Of a stretch of 64,000 nt of DNA, positions 28,183 through 36,857 are shown piece after piece (the stretch's first letter is position 1; every line of letters begins with the position of its first letter). The DNA lies in contig JAETUM010000004.1 in assembly GCA_021768625.1 (NCBI GenBank), positions 11,738 through 75,737 on the forward strand, given 5' to 3'. The translations under genes and the position numbers were made by a program. This DNA comes from Candidatus Stoquefichus sp. (GTDB taxonomy: Bacteria; Bacillota_I; Bacilli_A; Erysipelotrichales; Coprobacillaceae). Below the pieces are notes generated by a model. It did not search any database. It was not told the DNA's origin and saw only the letters and a program-made list of their open reading frames with translations.

Positions 28183-28529
28183 AAATTGCTATGATAAAGA
28201 TAAAAAATGGTATAAGAAAAAATATACGAAAAAATCAAAAAGAATATACGTTTATTTGTCCTCTTAATGGAATTTCTGTTGGTGATTATGTAGTGTGTGA
28301 TGTTAATGCTAATAGTAAGGATATTAGAGAACTCAATTTTAAAGTTGGAAGAGTTGAAAGTCTTATTGAAGACAAGAATGAAATCAAGAAAATATTAGAA
28401 CAACAAAAACCATATTCTTATATTGTATGTAAAGTAGGAGTTAAAGACTTTGAAAAAAGGTGTAATCAAATTCAAGAGTTAAAGTCTGCAAGAATGAATA
28501 AATATCATTTGATGGCTCAAAAAAAATAG
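28179..28529 (+). CDS. hypothetical protein
   Basis: 116-aa ORF with a 4-nt overlap (ATGA) with the Toprim gene. Confidence 0.55.
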   Translation: MKIAMIKIKNGIRKNIRKNQKEYTFICPLNGISVGDYVVCDVNANSKDIRELNFKVGRVESLIEDKNEIKKILEQQKPYSYIVCKVGVKDFEKRCNQIQELKSARMNKYHLMAQKK

Positions 28530-28532
28530 AAA

Positions 28533-28548
28533 ATGGCAACCTTGCCAT
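28533..28548. repeat. element palindrome copy (ATGGCAACCTTGCCAT)
   Basis: Perfect 7+2+7 palindrome with AAA/TTTT flanks, 4 nt after the stop at 28529. Confidence 0.9.
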
Positions 28549-28565
28549 TTTTAATTTATTTGTAT

Positions 28566-28624
28566 GCTGACCGTTCAATGGACAATGATAACAAAAAGGT
28601 GAAAACCGACGGGTACCCTTTCTC
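28566..28624 (+). promoter_or_regulatory. conserved ~60-nt leader motif, copy B
   Basis: GCTGACCGTTCAATGGACAATGATAACAAAAAGGTGAAAACCGACGGGTACCCTTTCTC. Same conserved blocks as copy A. The inner hairpin is replaced by GGT-GAAA-ACC (helix kept, sequence changed). Ends 28 nt upstream of ATG 28653. Confidence 0.5.
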
Positions 28625-28652
28625 TTAAGAAGAAATAAGAAAGGAAAAAGAA

Positions 28653-28835
28653 ATGAAAAGATTAATAATTAATGAAAATAAAAGTGCATTTGAATTTAGA
28701 CGAATAGTCAATTTTAGAGCAAATGAATTAATTAAAAATGGTTATATTCTTATTAGAATTAGATATAAATTAGATAAAAAAACAAATAGATACAAACACG
28801 CTGTTATTGAGTATAAAGCTAGGACAGTCTATTAA
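28653..28835 (+). CDS. small basic hypothetical protein
   Basis: 60-aa ORF with AAAGGAAAAAG SD-like stretch. No motif recognised. Confidence 0.4.
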   Translation: MKRLIINENKSAFEFRRIVNFRANELIKNGYILIRIRYKLDKKTNRYKHAVIEYKARTVY

Positions 28836-29254
28836 AAAGGATGAGTAAATTGAAAAAATGGATTATAACTGATAACCAAAAATATATGACAGTAGTTTTT
28901 GCTGATAATATATTTCATTATGAATATTTGTATGTTAGAAAAAATTTTGAAGTGTATCTGTAAGAAGTGCCTTTAAAAGAAGTGTTAAAAATACATAGAA
29001 ATACATTATTAAATATTATCTATGCTCCTATAACTTTGTTTAATTATTATTTTCATTGTGAAGTAGTCATTATCAGTGTTGATGAGGAAAAAATTAAAAG
29101 ATTTTATAAAGAACACAAATTGATTAAACCTACATATGTTTTTAACTGAACTAATTTGCATTAAAATGATATGAAGAGAGAATGAATAAGCAAAATATTT
29201 TTTAAGTAAAATCAATAAAAAAGAAATTTTATTAAAGGATAGAGGATGATTAAA

Positions 29255-29437
29255 TCATCCTCTAAAAATTTTGCTATCAACAAGTCTTTTTAAGTATTCT
29301 TTTGCTTCTTGTTCTGATGAAAATTCTAAATTGTAATTGTAGTATTTTCCATTTTTATCAATTACTGTGCCATTACTAACAGTTCCATCTGTGTTTAAAG
29401 TATAATTAAGAAGCCAAGAATTATAAGTTATCATCAT
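29255..29437 (-). CDS. small hypothetical protein (only convincing minus-strand gene in the element)
   Basis: 60 aa. Strong AAGGAGG SD on the minus strand about 10 nt before the ATG. Divergent from the lipoprotein gene. Confidence 0.55.
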   Translation of the reverse strand: MMITYNSWLLNYTLNTDGTVSNGTVIDKNGKYYNYNLEFSSEQEAKEYLKRLVDSKIFRG

Positions 29438-29542
29438 ATATATGTATACCTCCTTGGTATAAATTATACATCATTATATAAAATTATAAATAATTAAGTA
29501 TTATAATTTTGTAATACATATTATAGAAAGGAGACTTTAATA

Positions 29543-30181
29543 ATGAAAAAAATAGTATTAATAGTCATTTGTTTATTTTTAATAAGCTGCAATCACAACG
29601 AAAATTCTACTAGTGAACAAGAAATCAAACAACAAAATAGCATTGAAAAAACAATGATTTTGGAGGATGAATTTATAATGAGTTCTAATATTGGTTTAGA
29701 TTTCAATTATCCATCTCCTTCATTAAAATATTGGAATATGAATGGTCCAGACAATAATGACTGTACTTGTTTTACAAATAAGAAAAATGGTTCAAGAATT
29801 TATGTTTTAAAAAACATAGATTCTCAATTAAGTAGTAATAAAAATTTTAAATATAATCTTAATGGAAAAGATATACCTAAATATTTAGATCAGCAATTAA
29901 AAAAATATGCTGGATTTGAATATACGGATATAGAGATTGATAAAGACTACACTAAATATGAAACAAATATAAAATTTTATAACTGTTTTGGTGCAGTAAA
30001 GGATAAAGGAAAAGTATCTTATGTTTCAATGGCTTTTTTTCAAAGTCAATTCTATATCCCTGAAGTATATGGAATAGAAGCACCTTGTGTAATATTAATA
30101 TTATATGAAGATGAGAATTTGAAAGATGAAGTTAATGAAATGTTGAAAAAATTGAAAAATGGAATTTATTATCCAAAATGA
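29543..30181 (+). CDS. lipoprotein, unknown function (entry-exclusion candidate)
   Basis: Lipobox LFLISC at residues 11-16 after a basic n-region. AAGGAG SD. Confidence 0.6.
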   Translation: MKKIVLIVICLFLISCNHNENSTSEQEIKQQNSIEKTMILEDEFIMSSNIGLDFNYPSPSLKYWNMNGPDNNDCTCFTNKKNGSRIYVLKNIDSQLSSNKNFKYNLNGKDIPKYLDQQLKKYAGFEYTDIEIDKDYTKYETNIKFYNCFGAVKDKGKVSYVSMAFFQSQFYIPEVYGIEAPCVILILYEDENLKDEVNEMLKKLKNGIYYPK

Positions 30182-30196
30182 AATTAAATTTTTAAA

Positions 30197-30212
30197 ATGG
30201 CAAACTTGCCAT
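30197..30212. repeat. element palindrome copy (ATGGCAAACTTGCCAT)
   Basis: Perfect palindrome with AAAA/TTTTTT flanks, ending 30 nt upstream of the micro-ORF ATG at 30243. Confidence 0.9.
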
Positions 30213-30242
30213 TTTTTGTTTTTTTAGAAAGGAGACGGGAAT

Positions 30243-30292
30243 ATGAAACAATGGAGCAGGAGTGTTTTTTTATGACACCTCTTTGAGGTGTC
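30243..30292 (+). promoter_or_regulatory. leader L1: 10-codon micro-ORF whose TGA stop opens a hairpin GACACC-TCTTTGA-GGTGTC
   Basis: AAAGGAGA SD. ATG 30243, MKQWSRSVFL, TGA 30273-30275. Hairpin at 30274-30292. Same architecture as leader L2 at 38275-38330. Confidence 0.45.
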
Positions 30293-30342
30293 GATATAGA
30301 AAAGTGAAATAAGAATAGAAAATTGAAAGGGAGTAGAAAATA

Positions 30343-31527
30343 ATGAAAAGAATATTGAAAAAAATAAATGATATTGTATTAAGTTTAGAGATTATAGTGC
30401 TTATCGCAATTGTTATTTTAAATGTTTTTCTATGGTTCATAAATATGGAACATTATGTTGTGTTGAGTGGCAGCATGGAGCCTGAAATTCATGTAGGAGC
30501 AATGGTCTATGTTGATAAAAATATTTCTATTGAAGAAATCGAAACTGGAGATATCATTGCATTTCAAACCAATTCAGCATTAGTAACGCATAGAGTTGTT
30601 GAAAAAGATGATAAAACTAAAACTTTCATGACAAAAGGAGATGCAAATGAAGTTAATGACTTTGCTCCAGTAGATTATGATATGTATGTAGGAAAGACAG
30701 TATTTTCTATCCCATATTTAGGATATTTAATGAGCTATATTAATACTACAAGAGGAAAGATTATTATAGTTACAATAGTTTTGGCTATGTTTCTTTCTCA
30801 TTATCTATTAGATGATAATGAGGAAAATGAAGAAAATGAAAAAATGAAAAATAAAAAAACAGAGGAGAAAAGAAAAATGGAAAAGAAAAATTTAAAAAAA
30901 GGAATTGCTAGTTTATTATTATTAGGATGCGTTGCTGTTGGAGGAATTTCAGCTTATTTGACAGATATCGAAAATGCGAATAATGAATTTACAGTTGGTA
31001 AAATTAATATTGAATTAAAAGAAGATAACTGGAATCCTGAAGAAGGAAAAGATATCACACCAAATAAAGAGATCGCAAAAGATCCAACAGTTACAAACAT
31101 TGGAAAAAATGGAGCATATGTATTTGTGGAAGTAGAAGTTCCATATGCAAATATCGTTGTTGCAAATGATGATGGAACAAAGAAAGCAGCTGCTGATACT
31201 GAATTATTTAGCTATACAGTAAATAGTGGTTGGGTTGAATTAGGAACAGGAACAAAAGATACTGAAAAAGGTATTATTACGCATGTATATGCATATGCAA
31301 CAGATTTAAATACATTAACTGCTCTTTCTAAAGAAGCAACTACACCTTCAGTATTTGATAGTGTAAAAGTAGCTAACTTTGTAGAAAATCAAGGATTAGA
31401 AGAAACAGAAACAAGTATCAATGTCATTGCTAAAGCGATCCAAACAACTGATATTAACGGAGGAAAAACAGACGCAGCATCTGTATATGAAGTATTAAAT
31501 AATCAAGTTCCTACAAATGTAAAATAG
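30343..31527 (+). CDS. SipW-type signal peptidase I fused in frame to a TasA/camelysin-like SipW-substrate domain
   Basis: Residues 1-157: TM, SGSMEP (catalytic Ser), THRV (His), TKGDAN and a second TM, i.e. archaeal/SipW-type S26B peptidase. Residues 179-394 begin at internal ATG 30877 (AGAGGAG SD 9 nt upstream): MEKKNLKKGIASLLLLGCVAVGGISAYLTDIENANNEFTVG, a SipW-cognate signal. No stop codon separates the two parts. Confidence 0.7.
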   Translation: MKRILKKINDIVLSLEIIVLIAIVILNVFLWFINMEHYVVLSGSMEPEIHVGAMVYVDKNISIEEIETGDIIAFQTNSALVTHRVVEKDDKTKTFMTKGDANEVNDFAPVDYDMYVGKTVFSIPYLGYLMSYINTTRGKIIIVTIVLAMFLSHYLLDDNEENEENEKMKNKKTEEKRKMEKKNLKKGIASLLLLGCVAVGGISAYLTDIENANNEFTVGKINIELKEDNWNPEEGKDITPNKEIAKDPTVTNIGKNGAYVFVEVEVPYANIVVANDDGTKKAAADTELFSYTVNSGWVELGTGTKDTEKGIITHVYAYATDLNTLTALSKEATTPSVFDSVKVANFVENQGLEETETSINVIAKAIQTTDINGGKTDAASVYEVLNNQVPTNVK

Positions 31528-31546
31528 TTTTATAATTTTTTTATTG

Positions 31547-31584
31547 AGGTGTTTTCAAAAAGCTAAAAATGAAAACACCTTTTT
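31547..31584 (+). terminator. intrinsic terminator
   Basis: 10-bp stem AGGTGTTTTC / GAAAACACCT, 14-nt loop, then TTTT. Confidence 0.7.
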
Positions 31585-31611
31585 AATATTTATATAGAAA
31601 GGAAGATTATT

Positions 31612-32208
31612 ATGAAAACGAAAATAATGAAATATAAGATATGTTATATTTTAATTTTAATTGTTATCATGTTTTTTATATCTGGAATATTAGCAAATAT
31701 TACAGATATGTTAAGTGTGGTTAATAATCTTGCTGTAGATACGGTTGATATAGAATTAACTCAAAAGATGATAAGAAATAACAACCTGGTTGATTTTGAA
31801 AATAATGACGTTGTTTTACCTGGACAGAGTATTTCTTTTATTCCTAATATTTCTAATGCTGGAGTAGATTGTTATGTTCGAGTTAAACTGGAAACTGATG
31901 TATTATCTTATGATGATTTTCAAAGTTTCAATGAAAAATGGAAATATAATCCTTTAGATGATTATTTTTATTATACAGAAGTATTAAATGAAGAAAAAAC
32001 AATTGAAGTTTTTCAATCATTTACGATTCCTGATAGCTGGAGTAATGAAATGGCAGATGAAAGTTTTATTGTGAATATGACAGCCGAAGCAATTCAGTCT
32101 AGAAATTTCTATCCTAACTTTGATTCCAATGATCCGTGGAATGGCGAAAAGGCAGAAAAGACAGTTCGATCTAGGCTTGATAGAAAGCTGGTGAAGTCAG
32201 ATGTTTAA
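31612..32208 (+). CDS. TasA/camelysin-like protein with SipW-type signal
   Basis: N-terminal TM followed by ANITDMLSVVNNLAVDTVDIEL, then PGQSISFIPNISNAGVDCYVRVKL, typical of the TasA/CalY fold family. Confidence 0.6.
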   Translation: MKTKIMKYKICYILILIVIMFFISGILANITDMLSVVNNLAVDTVDIELTQKMIRNNNLVDFENNDVVLPGQSISFIPNISNAGVDCYVRVKLETDVLSYDDFQSFNEKWKYNPLDDYFYYTEVLNEEKTIEVFQSFTIPDSWSNEMADESFIVNMTAEAIQSRNFYPNFDSNDPWNGEKAEKTVRSRLDRKLVKSDV

Positions 32209-32902
32209 GAAATTAATTCTAACATTGTTTATTTCTGTTGCAACATTAATGAGTTCTACATTTGCATATGAAAATATGAATGTCGAATATATAGGAGATA
32301 CAGAAAAATTATTTAAAACAAGTGATGATTTCTTTGTTAATATTCCTACATTGTTACCAGGGGATACATATGAAGATAAAGCGGTTTTATTTAACAACTC
32401 AGATTTTAATATCAATCTTTATTTTAAAACAGAGCCTTTAGAAAAAGAAAAATATGAATTAGAAGAAGATTATAAACTTCTTGAGAAAATCAAATTATCT
32501 ATTTCAGTTAAAAAAGGCAAAGAAATAGTTAATGTTTATGATGGCTTTTTAGCTTCAAAGAATTTTGTGGATTTCAAAAAAATTGGATCTTACATTCCAA
32601 AAGAAAAAGCAGATTTCATTTTTAGATTGGAAGTTCCTACAGAATTAAAAAATGAATTTGATATGACTCGTACAAAAGTCAAATGGATTTTTGGAGTAGA
32701 ACCTGAAGAAATAGAAAAAGAAGTTTTAGGAGATGATTTTGAAAATCAATCGAATGTCAATATAGAAAAACAAACAATTCATTCATATATCAAAACTGGT
32801 GATAATATGGCCCCAGTATTATATGGAATGTTAGGAGCATGTGCTATATTGCTGATTCTTATTTTTAGAAAGGGAAAAGAAAATGATAAAAAAGATATTT
32901 AA
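32201..32902 (+). CDS. secreted protein with C-terminal sorting-signal-like anchor (IKTGDN + TM + RKGKEN)
   Basis: Signal peptide. LLPGDTYEDKAVLFNNSD beta-sandwich-like motif. C-terminal KTGD motif, hydrophobic helix and basic tail. Overlaps the upstream gene by 8 nt. Confidence 0.55.
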   Translation: MFKKLILTLFISVATLMSSTFAYENMNVEYIGDTEKLFKTSDDFFVNIPTLLPGDTYEDKAVLFNNSDFNINLYFKTEPLEKEKYELEEDYKLLEKIKLSISVKKGKEIVNVYDGFLASKNFVDFKKIGSYIPKEKADFIFRLEVPTELKNEFDMTRTKVKWIFGVEPEEIEKEVLGDDFENQSNVNIEKQTIHSYIKTGDNMAPVLYGMLGACAILLILIFRKGKENDKKDI

Positions 32903-33419
32903 CATACAGAAAGTCAAATACTTCGTTATTCTTTTTATTGTGATGTCAGCCTTTCTAACAATATTTGCATATTTAGCTGATATTGATAATGCTGGTAATG
33001 AATTTACAATTGCAAAACAAACAGTTGAAATCGTAGAGGAATTTGATCCACCAGAAAAATTGATACCTGGTATTTCTTTCACTAAAAAAGTAAATGTTAA
33101 AAATACAGGAACTATTCCCTGTTATGTTCGAGTCTTTGCACAAATCAATGACAGTACGATAGGGGATTATGTAGATATTGATTATGACATGATCAATTGG
33201 ACTATAAAAGATGATGGATATTACTATTACAATAAAATCCTTAATTCTAATGAATTGACAAGTCCATTATTTACAACTGTTAGTATTTCTAATGATATAG
33301 AACAGGATGCATTGAATGATTTTGATATTATTGTTTATACTGAATCTGTACAGGAAGAGGGATACTCAAATATAGATGATGCTTTTAGACTTGATAGAAA
33401 GGAGAATCGCAATGAATAA
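32883..33419 (+). CDS. TasA/camelysin-like protein with SipW-type signal
   Basis: FAYLADIDNAGNEFTIAKQTVEIVEEF...PGISFTKKVNVKNTGTIPCYVRVF matches the SipW-cognate signal and TasA core pattern. Confidence 0.65.
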   Translation: MIKKIFNIQKVKYFVILFIVMSAFLTIFAYLADIDNAGNEFTIAKQTVEIVEEFDPPEKLIPGISFTKKVNVKNTGTIPCYVRVFAQINDSTIGDYVDIDYDMINWTIKDDGYYYYNKILNSNELTSPLFTTVSISNDIEQDALNDFDIIVYTESVQEEGYSNIDDAFRLDRKENRNE

Positions 33420-36400
33420 GAAATTGAATAAGAAATTGAAAAGAATATTTCTGATGATGATGACTTTTTTAATAACTATCACGACATTTTATAATCATGA
33501 TGTTGTTAAAGCTGAAGATTCTTCTTTGAACGATTGGAGTATAAAGATCAATTGGGGAGATCCAAGTGAAAATATTCCAGATAACTGGAAACCTGTATAT
33601 AGTGATGAGGATACAGTTTCCGTTAAAACTCAATTGACGATTCAATATAAAGGTGATGGAACAAAAACATATGAACCAGGAGATGTCAAGATCTCAATGA
33701 ATGATATTGCTGATATATTTGATACTGAACTTGCTAAACAAGGCTGGGGATTTTGTCCATCTATAAATTCAATAATTGAAATAACTTCATCGGCTGATAA
33801 AAAAGGAGTGGCTGGTGTTGAAGATTGGGAATATACAACAACTGGAAGTTTTGATAATCATCAGATTCTTCTAAGTAATAAAAGCGAAATTTCTGGTTCG
33901 TTCACTTCAACTGTACAGTTCGTATTTAAGTTTAATAAATATTCATCAGTAAAAGCAATTAGGCTTTTTAAACCTCGTTATTCTAAGGATATTCAAGCAA
34001 CACTGACAGTTGATAATTCGATAAGAGAGTCGAATATAATCAACTACACATTTGATGGAGTACAGGATCAATACGAGATTAAATGGAATACAATGAAAAA
34101 TATAACTGAAGCAAGTGAGATTTTATCTAAGATACCACAAGATAAATGGAAAGATTATTATTTTTATAATACAAGTGTGCAAGGAGTCATCACAAGAAAT
34201 ACATTCAGTTTGAAAAATGGTTGGAGACTGGAATTTGATTATCCAGCTGATTTTATTTTAGGTGATCTTTCAAGTAACAACACAAATAAATCACATTCGA
34301 TTTTTACTAAAGGAGTTGGGGAAGATAAACTTAATTCTAATAACTTCTTTGGAACAGCTTTTCATTATTATCAGTATGGGACGTATTCCTATTTAAATAG
34401 ATATATAGCGATTCCTAAAGAATATTTAGACAAGAATAATGGTTATATTGATTTAAATGTAAAGATGTATGGAACATATACTAATGAAGATACTGAAAAA
34501 TTGATAAGCAGTGATACGACAAGGATCAATTTGAATGATGCTAAAGTTTCTTTTGAAGGAGATTTATATGCAACAGAAAAAGATAGTTTATCTATGAATG
34601 AAAACATTCCCTATATTAATATTATGAGGAAAAATTTCGATAAGGATAAAAATGAGTTGGATTATGAAAATGAGCAAGTCTTCATGTTAAAAGCAACAGC
34701 TGTTTACTATGGAAAAAAATATAATCTGATATTGGGTGATGATTTGCAGTATTTTGTATATGATGATAATTCTTTTCGAAGGCTTGAAAATAATGAAAGA
34801 TTAGTCAATAAAGTTTCTTTAAATAAAATCGGAAGCAAAAAAACATATGCTTATGAAATTTATGGAAAGAAGTTAAATGGTGATGGAACTTACGAAAAAA
34901 TAAAAGAGGGTTCTATAACAGGAAATACAAAGATAACTTTCGATGACTGGTATTATGATATCAAGGTAAAATATCTCAATTTGGAGGAGACGATTAATAA
35001 TGGAAGGCTTGTATATCTTTATTACAAAATTTTAGATAATGAAAGTCTTGATGACAATAAAAGACCAGCTAAATTATACAACTCTTCTTACCTTCAGATT
35101 GAAATGGCAGATGAAAATGGAGAGAATAATTATATTCATCTTGATTATGATGTTAATACTAATATAGAATCATTAAAAAGTGATCTAGAGGAATATTCTT
35201 TATCCAATTATGGAGAAACTGTGCTAAGAGGAATAAATATTTTAAATATTAGGTCGAAATATGTCATGTTAAGTTCAAATAAGAATAGTTGTACATTAGA
35301 CTATAGTGATGATGAATTGTATAAAAAGGATGTCATAAGCAGTGATTATATTCAAAATTATTCGTTAGGAAATACAGAATTAAAAGAATTTAAAATCAAA
35401 TTAACTGTACCTGATTATTTGGAAATTAATCATAATGATGTGAAATTATATATCAATGATCAAGCTTATAGAATCGAAGAGTTAGAAGCAAAGGGAATTA
35501 TTGTTTCATATGAAAAAAATAATTTAGATGGACAATATGAAATGATATACTCTATAGATGCAAATAAATCTCCAATCAAGCTCAAAGAGAATAACATCAA
35601 TAATGATTTTAATATTCAATATGATGTTCATTTATCATATGATGATTATGTCATGTATGGATTGCAGGGTAAAACAAGTTCGATTCAACATGAGCTATAT
35701 GATGTTGTATTAGTTGATGGAGACAATCAAGAGAAGATTGATTGTTTTAATTCATTTACAAGAGTGAATGATAGTATTGTTATTCCTAATGTTCCATTAG
35801 GTTCATTTCAAGGTATTCAAAAAGAAGTGAAAACAGATAGCAATAGCTATACAAAGCAACAGGCTGTAACAAATGCTGGAGAAGATTATTCATATAAGTT
35901 AAAAATTTCTTCAGGACAGACAAGAATGGCTAATATCATCTTATATGATAATTTAGAGAATAATGAGCTAGATACCTGGAAAGGTGAATTTAAGGGTATA
36001 GATATGTCTGTTTTAGAAGGTTTAAATGTGGATGTGTCGAAGTTCAAGATTTACTATTCAATAAATAGAAATCAATCTAGAGACTTAGAAACTAATGGTT
36101 GGATACTTTCTTCTGATTACAGTGGAGATATATCCGAAGTTAAGTCTATTGCAATTGATATGCAGGATTATGTGTTAACTCCTAATCAGATAGGATATAT
36201 AGAAGTGTTAATGAAAGCTCCTGAAGATAATGTTAAATTAGGATCAATAACGAAGAATCAATATTTTTCTTCTTATAAAGAATATGATGAGAAAGATGAA
36301 TCTCAGTCAAATCCTCTAAAAGAAACGATAGATCTTCCTTCAAATATTACATCTTTGTCATTTGGAAAGATCATTCCTACAAAAGAGCTGACAATAACAA

Positions 36401-36813
36401 AAACTATTTATAAGGAAGATATTAATTTTGCTTATGGTAATCCAGTTGCAATCTTTAAAATTGATGGTACAGATATAGAAGGTAATTCTATTATTAAATA
36501 TGTGAGTGCTGAGTTTACAGAGGAATTTGTTAATAATGAAACAGGAATCGAAGAAAATGGATTAACAAGAATTGACATGAGTCAAAAGGTCGCATTACCT
36601 TTGGGAACTTATACTGTTACAGAAGTCGATAATCTAAGATATAAATTAATAGAAATTGACACTATAAATGCAGAATCTAAGACTACAAATAGTGTCACAT
36701 TTGACTTAGAAAAAGATGATGATGAAAGTGTAAGATTTACAAATAGATGTACAAATTACAATGACTTATCAGATAGTGATATTGTCATAAATGAAATTAA
36801 GAAAGGAAATTAA
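33412..36813 (+). CDS. large (1133 aa) secreted protein, putative fibre tip/adhesin with C-terminal Cna-B-like beta-sandwich
   Basis: Start moved to ATG 33412 (GGAG SD): MNKKLNKKLKRIFLMMMTFLITITTFYNHDVVKA signal peptide. C-terminal ...LTITKTIYKED...LPLGTYTVTEVDNLRYKL resembles Cna-B/SpaA-type domains. No anchor motif. Confidence 0.6.
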   Translation: MNKKLNKKLKRIFLMMMTFLITITTFYNHDVVKAEDSSLNDWSIKINWGDPSENIPDNWKPVYSDEDTVSVKTQLTIQYKGDGTKTYEPGDVKISMNDIADIFDTELAKQGWGFCPSINSIIEITSSADKKGVAGVEDWEYTTTGSFDNHQILLSNKSEISGSFTSTVQFVFKFNKYSSVKAIRLFKPRYSKDIQATLTVDNSIRESNIINYTFDGVQDQYEIKWNTMKNITEASEILSKIPQDKWKDYYFYNTSVQGVITRNTFSLKNGWRLEFDYPADFILGDLSSNNTNKSHSIFTKGVGEDKLNSNNFFGTAFHYYQYGTYSYLNRYIAIPKEYLDKNNGYIDLNVKMYGTYTNEDTEKLISSDTTRINLNDAKVSFEGDLYATEKDSLSMNENIPYINIMRKNFDKDKNELDYENEQVFMLKATAVYYGKKYNLILGDDLQYFVYDDNSFRRLENNERLVNKVSLNKIGSKKTYAYEIYGKKLNGDGTYEKIKEGSITGNTKITFDDWYYDIKVKYLNLEETINNGRLVYLYYKILDNESLDDNKRPAKLYNSSYLQIEMADENGENNYIHLDYDVNTNIESLKSDLEEYSLSNYGETVLRGINILNIRSKYVMLSSNKNSCTLDYSDDELYKKDVISSDYIQNYSLGNTELKEFKIKLTVPDYLEINHNDVKLYINDQAYRIEELEAKGIIVSYEKNNLDGQYEMIYSIDANKSPIKLKENNINNDFNIQYDVHLSYDDYVMYGLQGKTSSIQHELYDVVLVDGDNQEKIDCFNSFTRVNDSIVIPNVPLGSFQGIQKEVKTDSNSYTKQQAVTNAGEDYSYKLKISSGQTRMANIILYDNLENNELDTWKGEFKGIDMSVLEGLNVDVSKFKIYYSINRNQSRDLETNGWILSSDYSGDISEVKSIAIDMQDYVLTPNQIGYIEVLMKAPEDNVKLGSITKNQYFSSYKEYDEKDESQSNPLKETIDLPSNITSLSFGKIIPTKELTITKTIYKEDINFAYGNPVAIFKIDGTDIEGNSIIKYVSAEFTEEFVNNETGIEENGLTRIDMSQKVALPLGTYTVTEVDNLRYKLIEIDTINAESKTTNSVTFDLEKDDDESVRFTNRCTNYNDLSDSDIVINEIKKGN

Positions 36814-36857
36814 TAATCCTTTCTTTTTTCTTAAATAAAACAGGGAGGAAGATATAA

